Shown: positions 1-11,890 of the stretch, in pieces
Numbering within the stretch: position 1 is the first letter of the stretch
How the letters are laid out: each line of letters begins with the position of its first letter
Source of the DNA: Thalia democratica
Lineage: Eukaryota
Direction: 5' to 3'
Assembly: GCA_965202585.1 (NCBI GenBank)
Contig: OZ241827.1
Coordinates: 5,456,001-5,520,000, forward strand
DNA length: 64,000 nucleotides
Made by a program: the position numbers and the translations under genes
Notes under the pieces: generated by a model
What the model saw: only the letters and a program-made list of their open reading frames with translations
Told to the model about the DNA's origin: nothing
Database searches by the model: none

Positions 1-57
1 AGCGAAGTACTTTTCACGAAAACGAGCCCGCAACTTACAGAGTGCTGCCGACCCCTG
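1..57. mobile_element. Right end of a Charlie-like hAT MITE (truncated by the window edge)
   Basis: GAGCCCGC...GCTGCCGACCCCTG; its last 11 nt (GCCGACCCCTG) are the exact reverse complement of the CAGGGGTCGGC end at 19215. Confidence 0.55.
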
Positions 58-109
58 CTAAACTGAACATATGTATATTGGACAGCTTCAATTCTCCGAT
101 CGTATTCTA

Positions 110-275
110 TGGATTGTGTCACGCGTACGATTGACACCGATTAACTTTATAATGCATTTGTGACGCAACATTAAACGGTTTTAGTATGACGTAACAAGTA
201 CGTTATAAGTCTTGCAGTGTGATTTATTGCACACTTTATATCAGTACTTAGTTGCTAAGGCAACATACGGCAGGC
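110..275 (-). repeat. Family C repeat, inverted
   Basis: CGATTGACACCGATTAACTT, TGACGCAA, TGACGTAA, GTTGCTAAGGCAAC (251-264), ATACGG. Confidence 0.8.
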
Positions 276-906
276 GTCTTACCAGTTAAGCATAAAAAAT
301 AAAAATGTAACATTAAAAAAATATTAGTGAGTTTATTAAGCTAATACTTTTAAAATATTATACAGTCCTGCTATTATAATTTAATCTAATAAGTCTTTTT
401 TGCATAACTATTTGCATCTAAAAAATGTAGTGTTATTAAGATAATTCTTTTAGTTAAAATAAAAAACGAGATTGATCAAAAGATTATGAAGTTTTAAGAA
501 CTACAAGTTTTTTGGTATTTAGATTTATAAATTAACCTTAAAAAGCTGGTTGTATGTTATTTTAACGAGCATTGATATTGACTCAGATACTACTCCCAAG
601 AAACATAGTTTTCGTGAGAGCCTGTCATGTACTAATACATCAAAATCGAACTTGTAGACGGTGATGTATCTTCATAGGTAACTTATTTACATTTCAACAA
701 GTTTATATTAAAAAATGTAACATGGTCAAATGTGTCATATAAGGTGGTTATAGTTTATAAATCATTAAAAACCGATTTGTAGTTTAGCTTTTCAAACCTA
801 GTTAAAATATACAAATTATCTAACCTTGTAATTACACATATTATATTTTAAAACTAATTTTATCTAGACATGTTTAACAAAAGGTCTTTTTCCACATTAA
901 GTTATT

Positions 907-939
907 TATATATATATATATATATATAAATATATATAT
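907..939. repeat. (TA)n microsatellite
   Basis: Interrupted TA dinucleotide run. Confidence 0.9.
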
Positions 940-1004
940 CAGCAACGTAATTTTACTGAAAGACCTCTATAAAGCGCTGTTCGTTTTCGTTAAAGTTTAT
1001 TTTA

Positions 1005-1150
1005 TCTGTCGTGCACACGTTCGATTGACACCGATTAACTTACGTTTATTACGTCACAAACTGCCTTATGACGCCAGCATTCGTAGACGTTGCAGATTTT
1101 ATGCAACGAATCCAACTTTGTTGCCATGACAGCATACGGTTAGCGTTATA
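1005..1150 (-). repeat. Family C repeat, inverted
   Basis: CGATTGACACCGATTAACTT, TTACGTCA, TGACGCCA, GTTGCCATGACAGCATACGGTTAGCG (approximately the reverse complement of CGCTCACCGTATGTTGCTATGACAAC). Confidence 0.8.
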
Positions 1151-2377
1151 AATTAACATGCAGCAAAAACTGTAAGATGTAAATTTAAAAATGTTTTACA
1201 TAAGTTAAAACATTAGTAGATGAAATTTATAAAACTCTATATTTTTGTAAAGCTATAAAACGTTTTTTTGAAGGTGAAACAAGTTTTTATACAAGATAAT
1301 ACAACTATTTGCATTTAAAGAAAAGTTTTCAAAAGTCAAAAAATTGATTTAAAGTTGTAATTTAGAACGCCATAGTAAGCATGCGTATGAATATGATTTG
1401 ATGTGTTTTGTTTTAAAATCTCAAGAGGTTTAATTTCTGTGTGAACTAAACTCAATGTCATATGTCAAAATTACACTTGATGACTTTGTTATATAATCCC
1501 TTGTGTCATTTTAGCAGCTACTGTGTTTTGTCAGGTATAGAGAAAATAAAGTTTAAATGAGGTTACAAAGTATACTTAAATCTTATAAATGTGTGTTATA
1601 TCTGTTAGTGTTTTTATACATATAAGTGTTTTAGTTAGAACAATCCATAAACAATTTTTCTAAGTCTGTATTTACAACTTTATATTTGTTTGTAAAAGTT
1701 GGCTACCTGTTTAACACGACAAAATGCATAGCAATAACACATTTAAAAGTTCAAAACAGTGAAAGTTAACACATAAAGGTAACAATAAAAAACGTATAAA
1801 TATCTTTACAGATTATTATTAACTTTTGTAATAGTTAAAACAATTTGTTTAAGTAAATATTTAATAAAATCTTGTTTCTAAATTTAAAACCTTCAAGCTT
1901 TCACTAATCGCTAAAGTTTTAAGTGTCTTTTTAAAAACTGCTATTACCTAAATTTTACGCACTTATAAGTAATGTAATTAGTTTTTATTGATTTAAGAAT
2001 TATCTTAAGTTTTACGTTAGCAACCTAATATTAAAATATGTTTTAGTTTTCGCGCAAGCTTACTGGCTTAAAATAATTTTTTTGCCATTATTGGCACATG
2101 TAAGTAATATCACTAGAAAAAACTGTAGTTTAAAACTTTATACCTGCTAAAAAGTTTAAACCAATAAATTATATTTCTATTTGTTACCCTTGTTAGTCAG
2201 TACATAAGTTATTTTTTAAATAAAACACTTCAATCTTCCAAATTTAACGATTCAAAAATACAAGTTCTAACTACAGAACAGTGTTTGTAAAAAAATATGA
2301 TATTTTACTTAAATATCAACGAAATAACACAAATGAAACACTTATTTTTAGTTTAATAAGAAACTTTAAAAAATATT

Positions 2378-2470
2378 TGATTGTCACCGATCAAACTTAT
2401 GTTTCTCACGTCAATAATAATCTGCGATTATGACGTAAGCATTCGCAGACATTGCAGCATCATTTTTTGT
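2378..2470 (-). repeat. Family C distal part, inverted
   Basis: GATTGTCACCGATCAAACTT...TCACGTCA...TTATGACGTAAGCATTCGCAGACATTGCAG aligns with 1022-1095. Confidence 0.7.
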
Positions 2471-3574
2471 AACTCATTCAATTTAGCTTAATTTGAATCA
2501 CTTACCAGTAAAACAATTAGCTTTTTGTTTGTTTAAGAATTAATTAGAGTTAAATAGCAAACATCTAGTAAAAAAACAGACAAAGACCTACATCTATTTT
2601 AAATATCAACCTATTTTTACCTAACTTAGTTATTATACAATCATTGTAATCATTTGTACATATAGGCATATAGGTACAATAAATTACTATAACTGAAGAG
2701 AACTGGACCTTACTTTGTATCTGCAATTCTTTATACCAATAAGCTATACTTCTTTTTTTTTTAATTCGACAATGCGTTATTATTATTATTATTCATTAAA
2801 CAGTTTTTTGCTCCAAGTTTAATATACAATAAGTACAAGTCTAACCTAGAAGTAAATATTAATAAAAGAACTTTATGATTCTGTTTTACTTAAATATCGT
2901 TGAAATAACCTTAAATGAGAAACATGGTTTTAAATTCTAATAGGTATCTAAAACATAAAGAATTTTCAAACAAAAGAAGCAATTTGCATGGTAATTTAAC
3001 TATTAAAATGTTGCCGAAAGACAATGACATCGAAAATTTTCGTAAGTAAAGTTTGTGACGTCACAAAATGTCTCCAAGCTGGTCGGCATTTTTTTATTGA
3101 TGTTGTAATTTGATTACCAAAGTTGCTCAAATAAACAGCCGGACCATAGTGAAGTAGAGTCTTTGCAAAAGCCGATCACTTTTAACCCTATTGACCCAAA
3201 TGCAGATTTTATTTGCAAAATAAAAATAGAATAAACCGTTTTAAGTTGACCTTTTTCTATAACTAAATTTAATAAATGGTCTATATATAGGTTTTATTGT
3301 GAGTATGAATTTAAATTAAGTGATAGTGCTCAAGTTGTTGTTTATGCATACTTTTTTCTGAATAAGTTAAAGAAGTATTAATCAAGTTAATAAACATTTC
3401 ATTGTATATTTTTTACATATAAAAGTATATGTGTTTCTTCTAAATTCTTGTTAACAAAAAAGTAAAATAAGACTTAGTATAAGAAAATCCAAATGAAGAA
3501 AAAGTTTTCAGATTGAAAAGGCTACACTTAATTTAAAAGAGTGTTATCAGTTTTGACCTGAATTACTTCTATTT

Positions 3575-3925
3575 ATATTCGTACCACCCAAATCGTCGCG
3601 CACTTGCAAATCATTATTACGTAACAGTCATCGCGTATGACAAGAGCTCACATCGGAGTGACATTATGTGAGTATTGACAATTTTACCGCATGATACGTT
3701 TTTGACAATTGTACTGCATGTTACAGTATTGACAATTGTACTGCATGTTAAGTTATTGACAAGTGTACTGCATGACACGTTATTGACAATTGTACTGTAT
3801 GTTACGTTATTGACAATTTTACTACTCGTTACGTTATTGACAAGTGCATAACAGGCGTGTTAGGCTATTGACAAGACACAAATCTATTTATAAGTTCTCA
3901 CACTGTCTTTTTATAAACGCATCTT
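3575..3925 (+). repeat. Family B element with an internal 26-bp minisatellite (Helentron/HINE-like architecture)
   Basis: CGTACCACCCAAATCGTCGCGC followed by about 8 tandem TATTGACAATTGTACTGCATGTTACG units. Confidence 0.85.
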
Positions 3926-3954
3926 AAACTGTCTTTTCTTTTTCTTAAATATTC

Positions 3955-4030
3955 TTTTGACCGTTTATTAATATTAAAGGTACTAGCTGACTACATTTTT
4001 TAAGGCCGGTCTTGGTGAGAAAAAGCTTGA
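3955..4030 (+). repeat. Family F repeat (second copy 26720-26790)
   Basis: TTTTGACCGTTTA...ATATTAAAGGTACTAG.TGACTA..TTTTTTAAG.CCGGT..TG is present at both sites. Confidence 0.75.
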
Positions 4031-4394
4031 TTTTTGAAAAACTGTTTATATTTTGTTGTTAGAAAATCTCTTAAAAGCCTTAGTTATATCTTGATTAGTT
4101 TAATAATTGTAAAAAAAAAATAAATACAACTTTAAATTAAAATTTAAGTTTATTCAACACTAATTATATCTTTAGGCAAATTATTAAATCTTTATTATAA
4201 TGTTATAATAACTGGTACAGTAAATGTTAGATTTTAAAGCAAAAATTTGGTTTTTTGAACCATAAATATAGTCTATTTTAAAAAAATAACTCTTATTTTA
4301 AAAATAGTACCAAACCGACTACTAAGAAAAGTTTTTACTCAATCTAATTTATGTTCTAATCTCTTTGAGTAACATAACAATTTTATAAGGATTC

Positions 4395-4690
4395 GTCTAT
4401 AAAATTTTTTAATGTATATGGATTACTATATTATCTTGTTAGTGATTTTTTTAACTGTTTGTAATGTTTATGCTTGTTCATTATGAATTAGTAAACCACC
4501 GCTGTAATTGTCTACAAGTTTACCATATGCATCATTATTATATTTTCAAAATTATTGCATATGTCTACCTATCAATGATTATGAATTATTCATCTCTTTT
4601 TCTACTAATCATGACTTATTTTGTCAGAAAATTACTTACTTTTTTAGTATCATCAATGTAAAAAAGTTTATAGTAGTATTTAATTACTAG
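4395..4690 (+). repeat. Family J repeat (copies at 23510-23710 and a partial copy at 8190-8310)
   Basis: TTTTAATGTAT..GATTAC..TATTATCTTGTTA and CACCG..GTAATTG..TA.AAGTTTACCATATG.ATCATT are shared with 23510-23710. Confidence 0.65.
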
Positions 4691-4784
4691 TAATTAATTT
4701 CCTTGTTTCTTTACTGCTATATGACTCTTTTTAACAATTTTAGTTTTGTCAGGTAATATTGGATATGTTTATAATGAACTAATT

Positions 4785-4905
4785 GTCCTGAACAAGACGT
4801 TAAAAGTTATCCGTGTTGTTCAACTCGATAACCAAAAGGTTTTTTGTGCACCAGGTCTTAGGGCCAAATACTTTAAACGCTTTTATTTTGTCGTTCAATA
4901 AACAA
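4785..4905 (+). repeat. Family D short interspersed repeat (SINE-like body)
   Basis: GTCCTGAACAAGACGTTAAAAGTTATCCGTG...ACTCGATAACCAAAAGG...GTGCACCAGGTC. The 5' block resembles the GTCCTTGGGCAAGACACTTAA motif that follows the tRNA head in many SINEs (inference). No A/B boxes seen. Confidence 0.7.
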
Positions 4906-5289
4906 TTAAGTGACTCTGTTATTTTTTTTATAAAAGAAAGACTCAGCAAAAAAATTGGTAAATAAGTTTAACCGTAGAAAGTTTCCGATACTTTTTAAAT
5001 TTCTCAATCTTTAAACTTTGACATAAATAGTAACTTTTTTCAGTACAAAGAACTAAGTATAGGTTTAGTAACTTTAAATAGAACATTTTTGTTTAAAGAA
5101 TAGTAAAGTACACTTAAGATGTATATACTAATAAAATATTGCTTTAATAATATATAAACAAGCAAAGCTGAAAATTATTTTGAAATTTATTATATCATTG
5201 GCGTGTTAATTGCTGTAAAAAAAAATAAATAAATTTATTTTCCATCGCTTTGAAAAAAAAAGGATATATAAAAAAAAAATCTTCAGTGA

Positions 5290-5620
5290 AGAAATGAAAC
5301 TTTGTGTAGTGTGATACTAAAAATAAGTACTATAACGCTATGTTAAAAAAAAATAAGTATGATGACAAAGCTCTCTGATGTGGCCTTTGTAATTGTCACA
5401 CTAAAAAGGATTATTTTAGACACACAATGGAAGTTTACGCCTCATTTTTTACCATTGTTAACCCACTAACTTTTCACGTTGTAGGGGATTATACTTGTGT
5501 TAACAATACAAGTTCACGCTCTTTTTGCATAGCTGTGTAAAACTGGTGTTGATAGAGTTGTCTTTGATGTGGTCGAAAATAAAAAGGGCCGCCTTTTTAC
5601 AGTAAAGGGGATTATAATTA
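5290..5620 (+). repeat. Family E repeat (internal ~120-150-bp subunits)
   Basis: GGGGATTATA...AACAATACAAGTTCACGC...GTTGTCTTTGATGTGGTCGAAAATAAAAAGGGCCGCC is shared with the other E copies. Confidence 0.8.
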
Positions 5621-6150
5621 GTTGAAAAAAGAAGGTTGCTTTGTGAGCTGGCTATTTTTGTTAAAACTACATGTGTTTAATAAAGCTCATTTTAAGATAG
5701 TTTATTGTGTTTTTCAGTGAAACTTATAAAATATATTAATTCACGTGCCATAAAAAGTTTATCATTTTTTATAATTTTTTAAAAAATAACTGATGTTTAA
5801 CGTCAAAAAGAAATTACTTAATCATTAATTTAAAACAAAATCACATCAGTTATGTATGCATTTTTGGTAAGTTTATAATTAATGTCAATGTAAACTAAAG
5901 AAACTATTTTTTAGTTTAGTCTATGAGACTAAAACAAATTCTACAGTTGAGTTTTAGAAAATTTCTTATTTAAAACTGAAATAACATAGATTGAAAAAGA
6001 AAATAGCACGAAACAAGAGTATATGACAATTAATTGGAATATTTTAGATAAAAGGCTTTTGATTATAAAGTATGTTTTGAAAAATATGTTATACACGTGC
6101 ATTATGACATAATAATCATTGCTGATAAAGTCACCAACCAATTTTATATA

Positions 6151-6768
6151 CAGTAACCTCTCGCTTATTTACGCACATTATGTCCAGAAAAAGTGCGTAA
6201 AGATACGAGAGATCGTAAAAATACGAGAGGTACCAAATATACTTACTATAATGGCTGTTTTTTGACATTGCTTCTAGTTAAAAGCAGATTGGGAACTTTC
6301 CCACTTTTAACAATTTGTTTACTTTATTTATAAATATGAAAACAAAAGATAAAATGATACATACATAAAAAAAAGGATTAAAATTTATATAATAATACTT
6401 GTTGAAAAGTTTTACTAATTTCAATAATAAGTAGATTTTATTTTTATTTATATGTGACTTATTTAATACTTAACACTAATATTCTGTACTACTTAGCAAA
6501 TTCAATTTATAATTAAGCATTTGTTTAGAATTAAGAAATGGTGTGGTATCTATATTGAAATTTGTTTCTAAAGTCTTAAATGTTATCTAAAGTTTAAAGA
6601 TAAAGAGAGGTGAGTTAGCATACTAAAACATATTTCAGTTCAAAATATACAATAAAACTATTTTGTGCCAAATTTAAAAAAATTAAAATATTTTACTTTA
6701 TTTTTAAAATTTTTTAGAATTCTAAAATGCGTAACTAAATGAGAGTGCGTAACGTCACAAGTGCGTAA
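6151..6768 (+). mobile_element. pogo/Tigger-like MITE (family G), lacking the last ~20 bp of one TIR
   Basis: Starts TA|CAGTAACCTCTCGC. Shares long blocks with 39177-39965 (e.g. GGAACTTTCCCACTTTTAACAATTTGTTTACTTTATT) and ends at GAGAGTGCGTAACGTCACAAGTGCGTAA. Confidence 0.8.
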
Positions 6769-7379
6769 TTTACATTATAATTTAGCTAAGTTTAATTTGA
6801 AAACTATACTTTTAGCATTTGAGTCTGATGTCTACATGATCACACTCAGTACCAATCCGCGATCAATTCCCACCTGAAAAATTCTCACCCGATCAAATCT
6901 GAGAATCGCTTGCAAATCAAGAGTAAGGGTTAGGGGTAACAGTATTAAATAAATTCAAAAAGTATAAAAAAAATGATAAATAAATGGGTAGGAATCGTGA
7001 GTACACTATATAAATATATGTATTCAAAAGTAACTAATAATCTAAACTTTTTATCTGGTTAACAGTATTAACTTTTGTTTTACAAAGAAAACAAGTAGCT
7101 TTTAGGGGTTATAAAAAAAAGATTTTCATAAGTTTATGAATTCATATTAATAGATGACCCTGCGTGTCAAAGTTTATTATAACAACAAGTCACTAACAAC
7201 TCAGAATGTTTGAAATATTCAACATTTTTGAGCCAAAACTACTTATTCTTAAACAAAATTATTTCTTATCGCTTATAAAAATATTTTGAAGTCGTGTTAT
7301 CTAACTGTCGAGTTTTAGCTTTATTTTTTATTTCTTTAAGGCTTATTTAAAATATCTAGTATGATTTTGAAATATTCTA

Positions 7380-7710
7380 ACTTTTTTAGTATGAGATAAA
7401 AATGGTTTTTATGCAAAAACTTTAACCTCTTAATGCAAAGTTTGTGTATGTACAATGTTCAACATATATGTTCAGTTTATAATATAATTTTAGTTATTCT
7501 TTTTTTAGTAACTCACAAGTTTACTCGTGTTCAGTTAAAATTTCCCACGCAAAAATACTGACCGGAACTTGGTTACCATAGCAACGAGCAACGAGTTACG
7601 CTCACCGTCTGTTGCCATAAAAAGATATTATATTTGCAAGAAATGTTGCTGCAAATCTGCAAAACTTGATCCTACGTAGTTACGAGCTGGGTGTGACGTA
7701 ATAAAAAAAA
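7380..7710 (+). repeat. Family C repeat
   Basis: GACCGGAACTTGGTTACCATAGCAAC (X-box-like 7572-7585), CGCTCACCGTCTGTTGCCAT, TTGCAAGAAATGTTGCTGCAAA, TGACGTAA. Confidence 0.85.
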
Positions 7711-7933
7711 AGATGAGTTGCAAAACGATTCTTGCAACCCAAGTTAGTTCTTCATAAATATGCCTGATAGATAATTCCGAAATGTAACTCACTTTCAACG
7801 AACAAACTTACTTAACAGCTCAAAAGTTGATTAGTGAAATTATTTTAATTTGCGTTTAATGTTTCAAATACCATAAAGTGTTAATTATGTATTGTCTTTA
7901 AAATTATTTAGTTAATGTTCATACATTGACTAT

Positions 7934-8040
7934 GTCCTGGACAAGACATTAAAAGTTGTCCGTGATGTACGACTCGAGGACCGAAAGGTTCTTTGTGCAC
8001 CAGTTCTTAGAAATTACATTTTGAGTGTTTTTTTATCCCT
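7934..8040 (+). repeat. Family D repeat
   Basis: GTCCTGGACAAGACATTAAAAGTTGTCCGTGATGTACGACTCGAGGACCGAAAGGTTCTTTGTGCACCAG. Confidence 0.75.
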
Positions 8041-8624
8041 CAAAAAACTTTATTATATTAAATTGTTAGTAAAGTTTTATTAATACGTGGTGTTTTCATT
8101 TGTTTCTTACAAATAGTTTTTTTTTACTATAATAACTAGGTAATGGTTTATCAAATGTATAGCAATTAATTTTCAAATAACCAAACAAATTCATGAGATT
8201 TATTTTACACATGTCTACTTGAAAAGTGTCTGTTTACTTTTTTTTCATTGTCATTGCCACTACTGTAATACTTATGTGGTATTTTCATAACAACAATGTA
8301 AAGGTATTTAAATCTTTAAGTTTTAATCAATACTTTATATTTACTAAATCTTCTATTATTTTTAATCAAATGTTAATCAGACGAGCTTAGAGGTTTCTGA
8401 AAAAGTTAATTGTAACTACTAATGATTTCAAACAGGCAAAATGCAGCAATAATAAAAAAACTGGTAATTGTATTAAAAAGTAGGACGTCGCTTAAAGTTT
8501 ATTTTAACTTTTAGATAATTATCTGTTTATAACTGTTTTGAAAAAAACAATTGTATTTTTTTTTGAAAAAGTTGTAAAGCTGCGCCTAAAAAACAATCCT
8601 ATTTCCAAGTGTTGACGTAATGAT

Positions 8625-9025
8625 AAAAAATGTTGTCATTGTCACCGCTACCTAGATTATTTTAGAATCACAATGGAGTGTGAGTTTTCATTGTGAGTCA
8701 TTTTTAGTAAACAAAGAAAATGTTGTACACTGATACTAAAAACAAACACAGTCCTAATAGTTCAAAGCCTTCTGATATGGTCTTTGCAGTTTTCAGATTA
8801 AAACAGAATACTTCAGAGCTCAATATAGGTTGGCATCTCATTATCTCACTTCTACTACCTGATTTTTGTGGTTTAGGGGATTACATTTGCTTGAACAATA
8901 CAAGTTCACGCCCTTTTGTATGGTAGTGTAAAACGCGATAATGGAGTTGTCTTTGAAAATAAAAAGAACCGTCTTGCTACGGTACAAAGGATAACGATTA
9001 AGACTAACTAGTATTGTGAACAAAT
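8625..9025 (+). repeat. Family E repeat
   Basis: GTTGTCATTGTCA...GATTATTTTAGAATCACAATGGA...GATACTAAAAA...AACAATACAAGTTCACGCCCTTT...GAAAATAAAAAGAACCG. Confidence 0.8.
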
Positions 9026-9384
9026 GATCTTTGATAAAAATAATAAAGCCTCTGTTTTTAACTACAATACGAAAATAAATAACTTGTTATTACATCTTTA
9101 GTTCCAAACAGAATAAAACTTTAACAACCGTTTTAACGGATTTCAATTAAGTCCATTATTGGCACCCAAGTAAGATAACCAACAATTTCTGTCAGTTTTG
9201 TTAAAAGTGTATTTAAGTATCAAAAATGTAAAAAAAAATGTATTTATAACAAAAAAATGCAATAGTTTTATAAACAAATAAAACTAAAAATTGATTAATA
9301 TCCGTACGAAACAAAAAGGTATAGCGCATAAATGGCAACAATTAATTTAATGTTATTGATGATAAAAACTTTGTCAAAAGATTC

Positions 9385-9455
9385 CTTAGATTTGTGACGT
9401 AATGATCGTTACTCATCAAGTCAAACACGTGGATAAATTGTTATTAATAAATGTA
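9385..9455 (+). repeat. Family H repeat, 3' part
   Basis: TTAGATTTGTGACGTAATGATCGTTACTCATCAAGTCAAACACGTGGATAAATTGTT. Confidence 0.75.
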
Positions 9456-10269
9456 AAACAAAGTTAGTCGCCAAATAACGCTTCCTAAATAACTCTAAAT
9501 TTTTCATATCAAGCTGTAATATTTACTATTTGACACTAATATGAATTTCATTTTTATTTAATTAGCATTGAAATTTAACTATTTCAATTTTCCTAAAACT
9601 CACGTAAACACTTTATTATTTATTTTTACAATTGTAAACATGTACTAAAACAATCTTAAGACTTAAAGACGGACGTATTTAATAGAATTAACTAAAGGTA
9701 GAAATTAGTTAGCATTTAGCTTGACTGTATGCAGCAGTAAAATATACCAATTAAAAATTTTAGCTAGCTTTACCGAAAGTCGGCCTAGATAAAAACACAA
9801 GAAAACACAAACCAGACTTATTTACACATTAGTAAGTGTGTTTCAACTGTTAGGTTTTAAAAGACCAGCTTACAAGTTTTTATAATGGATGGCCCTGGTT
9901 CGTTAGTGTTTGTTATAAAAACAAATCGCTTCGAATATTTGACATTTTTTAGATGTTAAGCGTCGAAACTAAGCTTTGTTTAAAAATAAATTTGTTTATA
10001 TTTAAATTCTAAAAATACTTTAAGCATTTGTTTTCTCACTGCAAAACGTTTAACTTTTTTTAGGAAAAAAATAAAATAAATATAAGACTTTTCGCGTAGT
10101 TACTAACGTATTTTTACGCTAAACTAACTTTTTGTTACGTAAAAAGACTGTTGTGCGTTTAAACTTCTACCTATCTAACTACTTAATCTATCTATGTTAA
10201 GTATAAACATCTATGAAATATTAGTCGATGATAAAGAAGATTTTAAGTTTATGTGTTTGAAATATACTA

Positions 10270-10670
10270 ACTTATTTAGTATGAGATAAAAATGGTAAGC
10301 TTGTAAGAATTATAAGCATATACATACACATCGTTTATGTTAGGTTTATGATAAATTTAGTTTAATTTTTGAATAATTCACAAGCTTACCCAAGTTCAGT
10401 AAAACTTTCCACGCAAAAAAAAATGACCGGAACTTGGTAACCAAAGCAACGAGTAACTTAGAAACTATAGCAACGAGTTACTTGGTTACTGTAGCAACTA
10501 GTTACTTGGTTTCTATAGCAACTAGTTACTTGGTTGCTATAGCAACGAGTAACGATGTTTCGCTCACCGATGTTGACATGACAACAAGTTGTATTTGCAA
10601 GAATCGTGCTGCAAACACTTGCTGAAAATCGTACAAAAATATAATTTAATTACGTCATAACTCACATACA
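10270..10670 (+). repeat. Family C repeat with a 5 x 24-bp X-box-like tandem array plus CRE-like site
   Basis: GACCGGAACTTG followed by 14-mers at 10437, 10461, 10485, 10509 and 10533 (consensus GTTRCTATAGCAAC), then CGCTCACCG, GTTGACATGACAAC (10572), TTGCAAGAA..GCTGCAA and TTACGTCA. Shares upstream TTTAGTATGAGATAAAAATGGT with the 7380 copy. Confidence 0.9.
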
Positions 10671-11504
10671 GTCATATCTAGCTGACGAACTTTTGAAAAA
10701 TATGAACACCCGTGAAAGTTTCTATCATTTTAGGGAGTTTCCCTATTCCAACATTAAGTTTCATGGTCAATTTAACTGCTCCAACAAGTTTGCTTTTTGT
10801 AATGTGTATTATTAATGATAAAATTAATTGATTTAAAATAGTATTTAAATAAGTATTTATAATAAAAATAGTTTTGGTTCATTTAAACTTTTTTTTTAAT
10901 AATAAGGGCAACCTAATTTATTTTCGATGTGTCATTTTTCTCTTTATATTACAGTTTCTTAATAAAATGGTATAAAAATGTTATACATTATTTAATTATC
11001 TGGATCCATATTGATTTACATACTAAAACTATTTTACAAGATAAGCTTTGGTTGTTTTAAAATAAACCATAAAAAAACATACACAAAACAATCACAAAAA
11101 TAACCAAGAACTTCATCAATTGTAAGAACTAATTAGTAGAAAATATAGTGAAACTTAAAAATAAAAGAAATATTTTTTTTATTTAATGTATTTTTTGCTG
11201 TTTCATTTCCGACAAAAAACTTGTAGTTGTATTTGAAAAAGTGACAAAATGTTATTTAGTATTTGAAACTACTGAATAATTAGTATTAAGTATTACTTAT
11301 AACTTTAAAAGCTTTACTAAGGAAAACAAGCTGTAGCACAATAAATTCGGAAATTTCAAAAAACGAATTGTTCTTAACTGTAGCTAAAGTTGTATGTTAC
11401 AACGACACTTAAGTACCAAGAACTTAAGTTTAGCAAAAAAGTAAAATTTTTGTACTGGTACCGAATCAACAACAATAAATATTATATAGCATTAGTGTCG
11501 CAAT

Positions 11505-11890
11505 GATGAAATGGTTGTCATTGTCAAGCTTAACGAGATTATTTCGGAATAACAATGAACGCGTGAACTTTTACAGTTTTAACGGTAAAAGGGTCGTTTA
11601 CAGTGTACAAAGGGAAACTTGTATGGTGATGCTAAAAATAAATACAAATGATAACAAAGCCTACTGATGTGGTCTTTTGCAGTGGTCACACTAAAGCAGA
11701 TTATTCTAGAAGCACAAAGGAAGTTGACGCCCTATTGTTAAGACCTCAATACCTGCTAATTTTCACGGTTTAGGGAATTGTATTTGTGTGAACAATACAA
11801 GTTCGCAACCTTTTTAGTTAGTCGCGTTATCAAGTTTTCTTTGATGTTGTTGAAAAACAAGGACCACATTTAGTTGTGTTTCAGTATAGA
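11505..11890 (+). repeat. Family E repeat
   Basis: GGTTGTCATTGTCA...CTGATGTGGTCTTTTGCAGTGGTCACACTAAA...GTGAACAATACAAGTTCGC. Confidence 0.8.

Noticed and set aside
585-685. CAG|...TAG|GTAACT exon-like segment
   Set aside because: Stop codons in all three frames.
3680-3875. Regularly spaced repeats resembling a CRISPR array
   Set aside because: The units are contiguous 26-bp tandem repeats without unique spacers, in eukaryotic DNA with no cas genes. The same applies to the 24-bp array at 10437.
6925-6940. AGGGTTAGGGG telomere-like motif (similar at ~44174)
   Set aside because: It is a single unit within a repeat fragment, not a telomeric array.
10434-10625. ORF with ATSYLV repeats
   Set aside because: It is the translation of the 24-bp family C minisatellite, not a protein.
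10650-10815. ~57-codon open frame (SYLADELLKNMNTRESFYHFREFP...)
   Set aside because: No convincing donor, no partner exons and no recognisable motif.
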